From Candidatus Cloacimonadota bacterium (GTDB lineage: Bacteria; Cloacimonadota; Cloacimonadia; Cloacimonadales; WRIO01): 31,975 bases of DNA. Below, in pieces: positions 1 to 11,389 of this stretch. The position numbers were made by a program, and so were the translations under genes. Position 1 is the first letter of the stretch. Each line of letters opens with the position of its first letter. The notes under the pieces are model-generated. The model was not told the origin of the DNA. It did no database searches and worked only from the letters and a program-made list of their open reading frames with translations. Where the stretch lies: NCBI GenBank assembly GCA_029564175.1, contig JAKQQL010000471.1:1-31975 (forward strand), in the 5' to 3' direction.

Positions 1-1
1 G

Positions 2-1528
2 CATGCTGGTAGCGAATACTCTCTGAAACCTGGTGCTGATTATGATAAAAATGTACCAGAAAGTGATGAATCAGATGATTCCGCCCCCCGAATTGATTAT
101 CCCTATATGTGGGATACTGAGTTGCGTCATTTTGCCATTGACCAGGGCGCTGATATTGTAATTGTACATCATCCTCATATTATTCAGGGTTTTGAAGTTT
201 ATCAAAATAAGTTGATTGCCCATTCTTTGGGTAATTTTGTATTTGATTTGAGCCGTGCTGATAAAAAACCTTCTATGATTTTGAAAACCAGTATCAATCA
301 ACAGGGCTTTTTTAACTATGAAGTAATTCCTGTGTTTTTGGCAGGCAGTTTGCCTCGTTTGATACATAATGATGCTGCTTTGAGAATTTTAGATTATCTG
401 GTTTACAGATCCAGAGAGATGAATACCATTTTATTGGTTGATCGTGATCAGTTTACCGGAAAAGTAATAACTGACACGCTTGCCTATGAAACTTATGATA
501 CAATAGTTGAAAAGTCAGTCACTTATCCTGATGGCAGTCTATATTCTGATCCCATACTGATAAAAGACAGAGCAGATTTTTCCCAAATAGTGCAAATAGC
601 CCCTGATGATAATTATCAATACCGGGTAGGCAGAAGTTTGATGCCTTTCGGTGCATTTGAAAATCCTGATTTTTACCAATGGGAGTTGGATGAAAATACT
701 TCTTATGACTCCACGGTGGTTTTCAGAGGTAATTATTCCATGAAAATGACGGATACGCCTCCTGCAAGCAATATTTATATGGCAACTTTAAATAAGCACC
801 GGTTTATGAATGATTTACCTGCTACTTTTTATGCAAAAGTGAACTGCTCAAATCTTCAAAATTTTACTGTTACAGTAAATTATTATTCCAGCCCGGGTAG
901 CAGTTCATACTCAGGTCAGCAGGTGGAAAATATTTCTGTCAATAATAATTCAACCTGGCAAACGGTCTTTTTTAACCTGGATATCCCTGAAGGTTGTCAG
1001 GGCTTTTCAGTCAGTATTGTGATCAGAGGTAACGGAAATCGTGTAGGAACTGCTTACATAGATGATCTGGACCTTATTGAATGGGACCCCTGGTTCAGTA
1101 ATGTGGGTCTTAGACATCTTACACCGAATGCTTATTATTATATGCAACTCAAAAAGAGTGGGGGACAGGTCAGCTCCCAAATTTTGTATCATGAGACTTC
1201 CTATCGTCCAGTAGTCGTACCCATCAATGAAAACGAGATAACTCCAATTTCAAACGTAAAACTTTCTCAAAATTATCCAAATCCATTTAACCCCAAAACT
1301 ACGATTCATTTTAGCTTAAGACATGAAAGCAAAGTAGAATTAGATATTTACAATATCAAAGGTCAAAAAGTAAAATCTTTAATTGATGCTGATTTGCCAG
1401 CTGGAGATCATTACATCTTATGGTCAGGAGATAATCAGACTGGTAAAAAGAGCGGATCAGGAATCTATTTCTATGTTCTGAAAAGTGGAAAAGAGAAGAT
1501 GGTTAAAAAGATGCTACTGATAAAGTAA
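2..1528 (+). CDS. CapA-family (PGA_cap, metallophosphoesterase-like) secreted protein with a beta-rich middle region and FlgD-Ig/T9SS-like C-terminal tail; 5'-truncated
   Basis: The frame is open from base 2 (HAGSEY..., equivalent to CapA HWGxEY), upstream of the ORF-track Met at 107. CapA motifs GADIVIVHHPHIIQGFEVY and SLGNFVFD; C-terminal NYPNPFNP...IYNIKGQKV...GSGIYFY...KMLLIK. Confidence 0.85.
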   Translation, partial: HAGSEYSLKPGADYDKNVPESDESDDSAPRIDYPYMWDTELRHFAIDQGADIVIVHHPHIIQGFEVYQNKLIAHSLGNFVFDLSRADKKPSMILKTSINQQGFFNYEVIPVFLAGSLPRLIHNDAALRILDYLVYRSREMNTILLVDRDQFTGKVITDTLAYETYDTIVEKSVTYPDGSLYSDPILIKDRADFSQIVQIAPDDNYQYRVGRSLMPFGAFENPDFYQWELDENTSYDSTVVFRGNYSMKMTDTPPASNIYMATLNKHRFMNDLPATFYAKVNCSNLQNFTVTVNYYSSPGSSSYSGQQVENISVNNNSTWQTVFFNLDIPEGCQGFSVSIVIRGNGNRVGTAYIDDLDLIEWDPWFSNVGLRHLTPNAYYYMQLKKSGGQVSSQILYHETSYRPVVVPINENEITPISNVKLSQNYPNPFNPKTTIHFSLRHESKVELDIYNIKGQKVKSLIDADLPAGDHYILWSGDNQTGKKSGSGIYFYVLKSGKEKMVKKMLLIK

Positions 1529-1616
1529 AATTATACTCATCGTTTGAAAGAAATTTAAAAAATGTTTTTTTATCAAACAGTTGAAATTGAGAATAAATAA
1601 TAAAGTAAATTGATTA

Positions 1617-1845
1617 AAGTAACTATTATAAGTATTGCAAAGCTTATCCCTGCAAACAGTTACTTCTCTGATTATATTTCAAATTACCTGAAAAAGTAAC
1701 TTGTGGTCGTTTACATATTTCCTTTTCTTCCCTCTTACATTCCTACTTTAATTCTATTCATTTCAATCAGTGATACGCTTGTAATCAGGAGATAAGGCAA
1801 TAGAAAGGAGGACAAAAGAAACGACTTTTCTACAGGATAGATAAG
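1617..1845. repeat. Degenerate inverted-repeat region: pyrimidine arm / purine arm around a short palindrome, plus three AAGTAACT copies
   Basis: ATCA-G-TGAT at 1766-1774; CCT at 1721, 1731, 1742 versus AGG at 1795, 1806 and AGA at 1817; GTCGTTT 1706-1712 versus AAACGAC 1819-1825; AAGTAACT at 1617 (+), 1658 (-), 1694 (+). Confidence 0.45.
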
Positions 1846-1910
1846 AGAATTATATGAAAATAATGTTGCAAAATAATAAGAAATGAGTATATTAATATAA
1901 GGAGGAAACA

Positions 1911-2489
1911 ATGAAAGTGGTTTTTAAACAAAAGCAACATGATTATCCCAAAAGAGCAGGTGATCTGAATCTTGCCTGGTATGCAGGTGGGCAGATTTGC
2001 ATTGCGAGAAAAAAAGTAGAAAGATCACGACAAAAGCAGAATGAGTCGATTATCCGGATTAATGCCATTTGTAAAGGCTTATGGGATGGTTTATACCTTC
2101 ATTTCAAACAGGATTTGAGCCGATATGCTTTCATGTATAAACAGGAGTACCCTAGCCTCCGGAAAAGAGGCGTGTCCTCTTATGCTGTTTTTCTCATGAT
2201 AATCCATGCGTTGATCAAACGATTTTCTCTTAGAACAGATGATCAGGAAAATTGTATGAAACTTTTGAAAACACTCTTAGGGAATATGTCAATTTATAAA
2301 GCGGTTCAATACAGACTGATAAAGGTTGTCAGTAAGTCCTATCAGTTGAATAAATATCCTTATCTAGGCTATCAACAAAGTCAAAATAAAGAATCGGCTG
2401 ATTTAGACAAGAATAATGCATTTAGCCAGAATATAAATTTATTTACTTTTGAGGGGAGATGTCATTTAAAGAAATTTGTAATTCCTTAG
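1911..2489 (+). CDS. Hypothetical K/R-rich cytoplasmic protein
   Basis: 192-aa ORF with strong SD (AAGGAGG) just upstream; no signal peptide; no recognised catalytic motif. Confidence 0.75.
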   Translation: MKVVFKQKQHDYPKRAGDLNLAWYAGGQICIARKKVERSRQKQNESIIRINAICKGLWDGLYLHFKQDLSRYAFMYKQEYPSLRKRGVSSYAVFLMIIHALIKRFSLRTDDQENCMKLLKTLLGNMSIYKAVQYRLIKVVSKSYQLNKYPYLGYQQSQNKESADLDKNNAFSQNINLFTFEGRCHLKKFVIP

Positions 2490-2558
2490 AAATAAAGGGG
2501 ATGTATATGCTGTTTGTTTTTATGATTGTTAATTTTAAGATTTTAGTAGATTTTTTAC

Positions 2559-2587
2559 TTGACATTCGTTCTCTTTTTTGATATATT
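2559..2587 (+). promoter_or_regulatory. Sigma70-type promoter of the solute-binding protein gene
   Basis: TTGACA (2559-2564), 17 bp, TATATT (2582-2587), with extended -10 TG at 2579-2580. Confidence 0.7.
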
Positions 2588-2614
2588 TTTCAAAAATATA
2601 TTATGGAGGACAAA

Positions 2615-3371
2615 ATGAAAAAACTATTGTGGGTCATAGTGATTTCATGCTGCATCTTAAGTCTTGCAGCGCAAAACACAAAGGTGCCGTTCGCTACGGG
2701 TGAGTGGGAACCTTTTACTTCAGAAAAACTACCTAACTATGGAGCTGTAACCGAACTTGTCTCTGCAATCTGTAAGACAGCTGGTATTACACCGGTCTAT
2801 AGTTTTTATCCATGGGCACGTTGTGAAAAAACGGTTGAAACAGGCGAAGCTTTTGCCGCTTTCCCCTATGCTGTAACTGCTGAAAGAAAAGCTTTGTTTA
2901 ATTATTCTGATCCTTTATTTCACAGTTCAAATAAGGTATATTACTATACAAAAAATCCTAAACCATTAAAAGATGTGAAGTTTGAAAAAATTAGTGATTT
3001 AAAAGGTTATACAATTGGTCTTATTGCTGGTTCTTTTATTGCAGATGAACTGGATAAACATGGTGTCAAATATGAAACAACAACAACTCTGGATTTATCA
3101 ATCAAAAAACTCCAAATGGGTAGAGTCGATTTTGTGATTGATGAGCAGGCTGTTACTTATGATACAATTAAAAAAAACGTTTCCTAAGGAAATAGATAAT
3201 TTTAAAACATTACCTAAACCTTTTGGTAATGTGATGGCTAATGCTTTGATTGTTTCTAAAAAATATCCAAAAGCTGACGAAATTCTGGTAAAATTTAACA
3301 ATGGACTGGCAAGTATTAAGAAAAGCGGAGAATATGATAAAATTCTGAAAAAATACAATATCTCAAAGTAA
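2615..3371 (+). pseudogene. Family-3 (polar amino-acid type) solute-binding protein, frameshifted at an A8 run
   Basis: SD GGAGG 2605-2609 favours start 2615 (MKKLLW... signal peptide). Motifs FATGEWEPF, YPWARC, LQMGRVDF. The C-terminus (...FNNGLASIKKSGEYDKILKKY) is in the +1 frame; removing one A from 3170-3177 joins the halves as ...DTIKKTFPKE... (251 aa). Confidence 0.8.
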
Positions 3372-3420
3372 AGCGGTTTAGACTTGGATATTTAAACGTT
3401 ATTTTCAGAAAACATAATTT

Positions 3421-3457
3421 CATTTAAAAAAGGCGGTTTAACCGCCTTTTTTAAATG
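3421..3457. terminator. Bidirectional intrinsic terminator between convergent genes
   Basis: Perfect 18-bp arms CATTTAAAAAAGGCGGTT / AACCGCCTTTTTTAAATG; GC core flanked by A6/T6. Confidence 0.9.
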
Positions 3458-3465
3458 ATGTAAAC

Positions 3466-5604
3466 TTATATATTCAGAACGATTTCAAACGTACTGCCTT
3501 TGTTTTGGGATATATTAAATTGTCCTTTGTATTGCGCAACAAGCTGAGAGATAAGACTTAAACCAAAGGAGCTGGTATTCTGAACAATACTTGCATCTGT
3601 AATGCCGGGTCCATTGTCTTTTACGGTGATAGACAGTTGTCTTTTTTCGTTTCGTTTAAGGATAACTGAGAGTTTTGGATGTTCAGTTTCTTTGAATGCA
3701 TATTTAAAGGCATTTGTGATTAACTCATTTAAAATTAAACCAATAGGGAAGAGAGATTTGCTGTCTAATTTATCAATATCAGCTTCTGCTTCGACCTCTG
3801 TGTGAAGATGCTGAGGGAAGACAGCAATGATTTCATGGATGAGTTTTTTCAGATAGTCATTCACATCAATATATTTATAATCGTCTGAACGGTATAACTT
3901 TTCATATATGACCATCATGGCATTTACTCTGTTTCTTGCATCTGAAAGAGCATCTTTCACTTCCTGAATGTCGGTACTTTCAGACTGGAGATAAAGCAGA
4001 CCTGAAATGGTATTCATATTGTTTTTAATCCGGTGATGAACCTCTTTCAGTAAAAGCATTTTTTCTGAAAGTAATGTCTTAATTTGTTCTTCTGCTTTAC
4101 TTCTTTCACTGATATCTCTGATTAAGGCAATGCAGCTCTTTTCTTTAGTCTCCTGATCAGAAATTACAATTGTGTTAATCTCTGCAGTAAAAGGATTCAT
4201 GCTTTTTTTATAGATTTTACAGGTAATCGTACTGACACTGTGTTTGAAAGATTTTTGGTAGAACTGACTTTTTAGCTGATGAATACTGTCTTCTGGCAGA
4301 AAATGACTAGCAGGAAGTCCAAGAACCTCAGAAACATCTGTAATTTCAAGCAGATGGTTCATCCGGTCAGAAGAAAAAATAATTTTAAGATCTTTGTTAA
4401 ATACAAGTAGGCCATCAGGAAGCGCTTTGATCATTGATGCATACAATTCTTTGGTCTGTTCAAGCTCAAACTCTGTTTGTTTTTGTGAAGAAATGTCTAT
4501 ATCCATACAATACAATTCTTTTTGATTATTAGGCAATTCTATGACCATGTGACTGGAGAATAAATGAACAGGCTTATTATCTTTTCTTTTTAAAACAAGG
4601 TATTCTGCAGGTATAGAACAGTTATTCTGCATCATGTATTCAATTGCTTTTTTGACTGCCCACTTTTGGTTTTCTGGAATAATCAGGTCGAAAAGGTTTC
4701 TGCCGATCGCTTCTTCCTGAGAGTAACCATACACATTTTCACTGGCTTTGTTCCAATAAAGTACGATTCCTTCTGGCGAATAACCCTGAACCGCAATATT
4801 GGTAATGGAATTGAAAATTTCTCTATACTTTTTGTTTAAATAGTATTGTTGCTGATCTTTTATACTCCATTCAGAAATGCTGTGAATCACGCATAAAATA
4901 TCTTTTTCTTTAGTGTTCGGATTGTAAACCAGATTACACTCCATTTCAACCGGACGAATCTGCTCGTTTTTGTTGACAATACTCAGATTGAATTTCAAAG
5001 CTTTAATAAAGGGAATCTGTTTCATTTTTTCAAAATACTCGAGAATAAAATCATGTGATACAAATCTGTCAAAGGGTCTGCCAATCATTTCATCTTTTTC
5101 AAAAGCAAACATTTCAAAACACTTTTCGTTCATATAGGTAATTTGCCCTTTTGAAGTCATTACTAAAAATGGCACAGGGGCAATTTGGGTGTAATACTGG
5201 TACTGAAACAGAAGAGATTTCAGATTGTGATGTTCTTTCATCAGATGATAAGCATTGGATATTAAATGATAAAGAATCGTCATATCTGATCTGATATCGA
5301 AAACACCTGCATGATAAATTGAATCTATTAAATGAATATTCTCTATCATTCGGTCATTACAAAGAAAAATGCATTGATGTCTGATATTCAGAAGATATTT
5401 CCATACATTTTGCAGACTGTGTATCTGAGACTGATCAATGTCTGAAATAAAGAGATAGTAACAATCTTTGTGAATAAATTGTTGTTCCCTAAGCCAAAAT
5501 TCCAGCTCAGAATATGCTACCTGACTGGTTACAAACTGTTTATTAAGAAGTTCAAAAATGTCAGTATGATGACTGATAAATACGATTTTCAGACTGTTTC
5601 TCAT
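3466..5604 (-). CDS. Cytoplasmic multi-PAS sensor histidine kinase, HisKA_2/HWE-like
   Basis: H-box LLKEVHHRIKNN, N-box NELITNAFKYAF, G1 VKDNGPG, G2 SFGLSLI; three PAS-like repeats; no TM segment seen. Start moved from 5640 to 5604 (MRNSLK) because GGCGGGG precedes it and 5640 overlaps a predicted -10. Confidence 0.88.
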   Translation of the reverse strand: MRNSLKIVFISHHTDIFELLNKQFVTSQVAYSELEFWLREQQFIHKDCYYLFISDIDQSQIHSLQNVWKYLLNIRHQCIFLCNDRMIENIHLIDSIYHAGVFDIRSDMTILYHLISNAYHLMKEHHNLKSLLFQYQYYTQIAPVPFLVMTSKGQITYMNEKCFEMFAFEKDEMIGRPFDRFVSHDFILEYFEKMKQIPFIKALKFNLSIVNKNEQIRPVEMECNLVYNPNTKEKDILCVIHSISEWSIKDQQQYYLNKKYREIFNSITNIAVQGYSPEGIVLYWNKASENVYGYSQEEAIGRNLFDLIIPENQKWAVKKAIEYMMQNNCSIPAEYLVLKRKDNKPVHLFSSHMVIELPNNQKELYCMDIDISSQKQTEFELEQTKELYASMIKALPDGLLVFNKDLKIIFSSDRMNHLLEITDVSEVLGLPASHFLPEDSIHQLKSQFYQKSFKHSVSTITCKIYKKSMNPFTAEINTIVISDQETKEKSCIALIRDISERSKAEEQIKTLLSEKMLLLKEVHHRIKNNMNTISGLLYLQSESTDIQEVKDALSDARNRVNAMMVIYEKLYRSDDYKYIDVNDYLKKLIHEIIAVFPQHLHTEVEAEADIDKLDSKSLFPIGLILNELITNAFKYAFKETEHPKLSVILKRNEKRQLSITVKDNGPGITDASIVQNTSSFGLSLISQLVAQYKGQFNISQNKGSTFEIVLNI

Positions 5605-5638
5605 TACCCCGCCTAATCTGAATATGAATTGAAATGCC

Positions 5639-5667
5639 ATTTTGCTGGGTTCTCATTAGTTTGTCAA
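5639..5667 (-). promoter_or_regulatory. Putative sigma70 promoter of the PAS kinase
   Basis: Minus strand TTGACA (5667-5662), 17 bp, CAAAAT (5644-5639). Confidence 0.45.
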
Positions 5668-5886
5668 TAGAAAATTAAGCGTTTGAAAAATTTGTTTGTA
5701 ATAAAGATGTTTAAACAGCAAATGAAGCAAAACAGATTAAGAGAAAGGCTTTTTTTGAGACAAATTTTAGTTTTTTCTTCAGGATTACATTTCTTTCATA
5801 TTTTTATTGCAAAGAGTCATAACATAATGAAAAATAGGAAGATAGAATAACGTGAAGAAATATTTGTAAAAATAATCATTTTTTCA

Positions 5887-5915
5887 TTGACAAAATGTTC
5901 AAATTTAGTCATCAT
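5887..5915 (+). promoter_or_regulatory. Putative sigma70 promoter of fba-gap
   Basis: TTGACA (5887-5892), 17 bp, CATCAT (5910-5915). Confidence 0.45.
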
Positions 5916-5950
5916 TTTTAAAAATTATATAATAGTGGAAGGGAGAAACA

Positions 5951-7935
<1,985 letters not shown>

Positions 7936-7963
7936 TTCATAATCGTATGCAAATTAATATGAT

Positions 7964-7998
7964 TAGTCCGCCAGCTGTTTTTTTCAGCAGGCGGACTA
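7964..7998. terminator. Stem-loop after gap (weak terminator or mRNA-stabilising hairpin)
   Basis: TAGTCCGCC / GGCGGACTA arms plus inner GCTG/CAGC and a T7 loop; no U-tract downstream on the + strand. Confidence 0.55.
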
Positions 7999-8028
7999 TT
8001 ATAAAAAAAGAGGAGATTTTAAGGTATT

Positions 8029-9579
8029 ATGACAAATAAAAAATCTATTTTGTTTCTTGTAATCTCTTTAAGTCTCTTATCTTTTTTGTTGATTTTCTCT
8101 TATATAACGTATTTAGGTAAAAATAGCCAGGTACGTGTTGCTCTTAGCAGTTTTCCTGAAACTTTTGATGCGATGACAAGAGCAGAATATTTTACAAATC
8201 TAGTGAATGATGAGATCTATTCAACATTATTTGATGTGAATGGGGACAAATTCTATGGCCTAATTGGTCAGTCATGGCAAAACCTGAGTGATAGTCTTAT
8301 GGTGATACATTTGAAACGTGACATGTATTTTCACAATGGAGATCCAATAACGGCAACTGATGTAAAAGCAAGTCTGGAAAGAGCTTTAACTTTTCCAAAG
8401 AGTCTGATTAAGAACTTGGTAGAAGTTGACTCAATCAATATTATCGATCCATATACTCTTGAAATTTATCATCCAAATACTCTGGAGATATACAGATTAT
8501 TGCTAAGCGTAAAGATTTATTCATATAAGCATATCCAATTCTCAAATGAGGATTTTCAAAAAAATCAGTTAATCTGCTCAGGTCTTTATTATCTGTATTC
8601 TGCAAATGATAATCTCATTGTTTTAAAAAGGAATCCTTACTGGAAAATAAAAGAGGATGATTTATTTAAAGAAGTAAAACTATATCGAATCCCTGATAAA
8701 GATAAGCAAACAAACCAGCTGTTAAATGGAGAACTTGATTTTATCATTAATCCGCCATTTGAAAGATTTTCTGTTATTGAAAACAGATCTGATTTGTTGA
8801 TTATCGGTAAAAAGAGTAATGTTAGCATGTACATGATGATGGATATAATGAATGAAAAAAGACCTGGAATGCCTCAACAGCGTAATCCGTTTAAAGATAA
8901 GAGAGTCAGGCAGGCAATTTGGCATGCGTTAGATATGCAGACATTTATTAAAGAAAGGCTGAATAATTATGGAGAAACCCTTACATATCCCTGGTTAAAC
9001 AGTATAAGTGGAGTTAATTCTTTATTAAAACCATACAAATACGATACTCAGAAAAGTAAAGAATTACTGAAAGAAGCGGGTTATGAAAGTGGGTTTCCTC
9101 TGAAGATTTATTGTGTTGAGAATAAATATAATGGTGATGTTGAATTAGGGGAGTATGTAAAAACAGCTTTATACCAGATTGGTATCAAAGCTGAAGTGTA
9201 TTTCCTGCCTACAGAAAAATTTTATGATTATATTGAAAACAACCCTGTCTCCTGTTATATTGCCGGTTATAGCTCAACATCTGACACACCTGATGGTCCT
9301 TTGTATTCACTCACTTATAAAAGCATCAGAGTAAAAGGGAATTTAAACAGATTAAACATAGAAATTCCCTATTTAAACAATTTAATTGATTCTGCTAAAA
9401 AATTACCCAATACTGATAATGCTAAATTTCAGATTAATCAGATAGCCAGTCAGTATATGTATGATGAAGCACTCATTATTCCACTGTATGCACCTACAGA
9501 CAACTTTGCTTTAAATCGTAAAGTGAAGTGGCACCCTGTTAATAAAGAATTTAAGTTAAGTCATTTAAAACGAAAATGA
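8029..9579 (+). CDS. Family-5 (peptide/nickel type) solute-binding protein with N-terminal hydrophobic anchor
   Basis: FHNGDPITATDVKASLER, PFKDKRVRQAIWHALD, YKYDTQKSKELLKEAGY, ALIIPLY motifs; hydrophobic N-terminus without a lipobox Cys. Confidence 0.9.
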   Translation: MTNKKSILFLVISLSLLSFLLIFSYITYLGKNSQVRVALSSFPETFDAMTRAEYFTNLVNDEIYSTLFDVNGDKFYGLIGQSWQNLSDSLMVIHLKRDMYFHNGDPITATDVKASLERALTFPKSLIKNLVEVDSINIIDPYTLEIYHPNTLEIYRLLLSVKIYSYKHIQFSNEDFQKNQLICSGLYYLYSANDNLIVLKRNPYWKIKEDDLFKEVKLYRIPDKDKQTNQLLNGELDFIINPPFERFSVIENRSDLLIIGKKSNVSMYMMMDIMNEKRPGMPQQRNPFKDKRVRQAIWHALDMQTFIKERLNNYGETLTYPWLNSISGVNSLLKPYKYDTQKSKELLKEAGYESGFPLKIYCVENKYNGDVELGEYVKTALYQIGIKAEVYFLPTEKFYDYIENNPVSCYIAGYSSTSDTPDGPLYSLTYKSIRVKGNLNRLNIEIPYLNNLIDSAKKLPNTDNAKFQINQIASQYMYDEALIIPLYAPTDNFALNRKVKWHPVNKEFKLSHLKRK

Positions 9580-11369
9580 AAATTTTTAAATTAAACACAA
9601 TATTGAGAATCTCTAGTATCGCTGGTATCTTATTAACGATTATTATCTTGTTTTTCTATATAAAGTTTTTTCAAATCAGGAGTTATGAAAGTTGGAAGAA
9701 TAATGCGAAACTCTACGTTGAACTGAAAAATAAAGAACTGAATACTTTAATTTTTAAGAATTCTGCTGATCTGGAAAATAACCCTGACATTAATTATCAA
9801 TCTCTGACTGCTGTATTATCACCAGCAATAAATGATAAAGATAATGCTTTTTCCGATTTTATGATTATAAATCTTGATAAAGAGATCATTTATCAGTATA
9901 GTAAATCTCAGTTTCTTGATAAAAAGATATATTCCTCAGAACAGCTCCTATATACAATAAAGAAAATCCCTGATTCTGTTGAAATTCAAGACTTATTTAT
10001 TGATACACACGATCATCAGGTTTATATTGTCAGAACCCCTTATATTAATAACATAGCAATACACAGATATAGCTTTGTTTATATCTTTGATTTTACCCGT
10101 GAGTTAAATAAGGTTTTACCTGTACTTTCTATCTTTTTAATCGTTTTTTTGATTGTAATGATTATTTATCTGATTTTCCTGTTTATCCGGAGTTATATCG
10201 TCCAATATCTAGCACGGATTGAAGATTATATAGAAGGTTTTATTGAAAATAATCAGGCTGAAAACAGTAAATTGTTTTTCTTATATCCTTTTAAATCATT
10301 AGAGCAAAAAATTGCCAGACTCATTGCCAAACAAATAGAGATAGAGGATCGACTGTGTAATTTATCAGAAAAGTTTCATTTGTTGCTTTCTCAGACGAGT
10401 GATGGGATTTTTATGGAGGATAGTGAAGGCTATATCTATTTTTGTAATTCTAAACTGGCAAGGATACTGGGATTCAACAGTGAAGCAGATATTATTGGAT
10501 TGAAAATGACAGATTTATTGTCTGATTTACATTCTAAACGAGTTTATGAACAGGAGAAAGGATTTCTAAATCTAAGTAAATCAATACGATATAAACTGAA
10601 TTTTCAGAATCATGATAAAGTGAAAAAGGAATGTCTGATTAATGCCTGTAGTATTTATGATGCAAAACTTGATCTTAAATCATTTTATTATGCCGTAACG
10701 GATCTGTCAGATTTAGAACTGTTTTCTGTTGATCAGACGACTCATATCTTGTCAAAATCAAGCTATTTTGAAAATTCATCATATCCGATTGTTATTCTGG
10801 ATAAAGACCTAAAAGTCTATGATTTAAATAATACAGCAAAGAACATATTTTCAATAAACTATAACAATGCAAAAGACAAAAGTGTTCATGAGTTTTTCAA
10901 GACTTATGATTTTGGAAAGCTACTTAATCAATTTGATTTCAATTCCAACTTTAAACTGGATACATTTGAACCAAGGCTTAACCGATGGTTTTATATATCA
11001 AATGAAGTCATTGTCAGTAATGATGAAATCTTTAATTATCTGATTTTTATTGATATCAGTTCATTCAGAAAAGATGAAAGTTTTCATAATATGATTTTTG
11101 ATGACTTAAAGGGCTTTATTTTTGTAACAAATTACGAAAATGAAGTGATATATGTTTCGCCATCTTTCTTATATATGACTCAATATCCAGCTTCCTGGTT
11201 TGTAAATTATTACAAATCAATGAATGATATGATTAATAAATATGAATCTAATCAAGTCGATCAGTTTGTGATTACAACTACAAAAGGTAGTTTTAACTTT
11301 AAACTCATTCCGTTAAAAAGTTTATCAAAGTCAAACCGAATCTTCTTATGTCTCAATCTTAATCCATAA
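9576..11369 (+). CDS. Two-TM membrane protein with extracytoplasmic domain and multiple cytoplasmic PAS-like domains, no output domain recognised
   Basis: TM segments near aa 10-31 and 180-203; PAS-like SDGIFMEDSEGYIYFCNSKLARILGF, YPIVILDKDLKVYDLNNTA, GFIFVTNYENEVIYVSPSF; ATGA overlap with the upstream gene. Confidence 0.8.
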   Translation: MKIFKLNTILRISSIAGILLTIIILFFYIKFFQIRSYESWKNNAKLYVELKNKELNTLIFKNSADLENNPDINYQSLTAVLSPAINDKDNAFSDFMIINLDKEIIYQYSKSQFLDKKIYSSEQLLYTIKKIPDSVEIQDLFIDTHDHQVYIVRTPYINNIAIHRYSFVYIFDFTRELNKVLPVLSIFLIVFLIVMIIYLIFLFIRSYIVQYLARIEDYIEGFIENNQAENSKLFFLYPFKSLEQKIARLIAKQIEIEDRLCNLSEKFHLLLSQTSDGIFMEDSEGYIYFCNSKLARILGFNSEADIIGLKMTDLLSDLHSKRVYEQEKGFLNLSKSIRYKLNFQNHDKVKKECLINACSIYDAKLDLKSFYYAVTDLSDLELFSVDQTTHILSKSSYFENSSYPIVILDKDLKVYDLNNTAKNIFSINYNNAKDKSVHEFFKTYDFGKLLNQFDFNSNFKLDTFEPRLNRWFYISNEVIVSNDEIFNYLIFIDISSFRKDESFHNMIFDDLKGFIFVTNYENEVIYVSPSFLYMTQYPASWFVNYYKSMNDMINKYESNQVDQFVITTTKGSFNFKLIPLKSLSKSNRIFLCLNLNP

Positions 11370-11389
11370 AAGGCTTCATAGGGCTAACA

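Noticed and set aside
3170..3178. A_AAA_AAC slippery heptamer as a programmed -1 frameshift
   Set aside because: The downstream half is in the +1 frame (2615 versus 3138), so a -1 shift would not join the halves.
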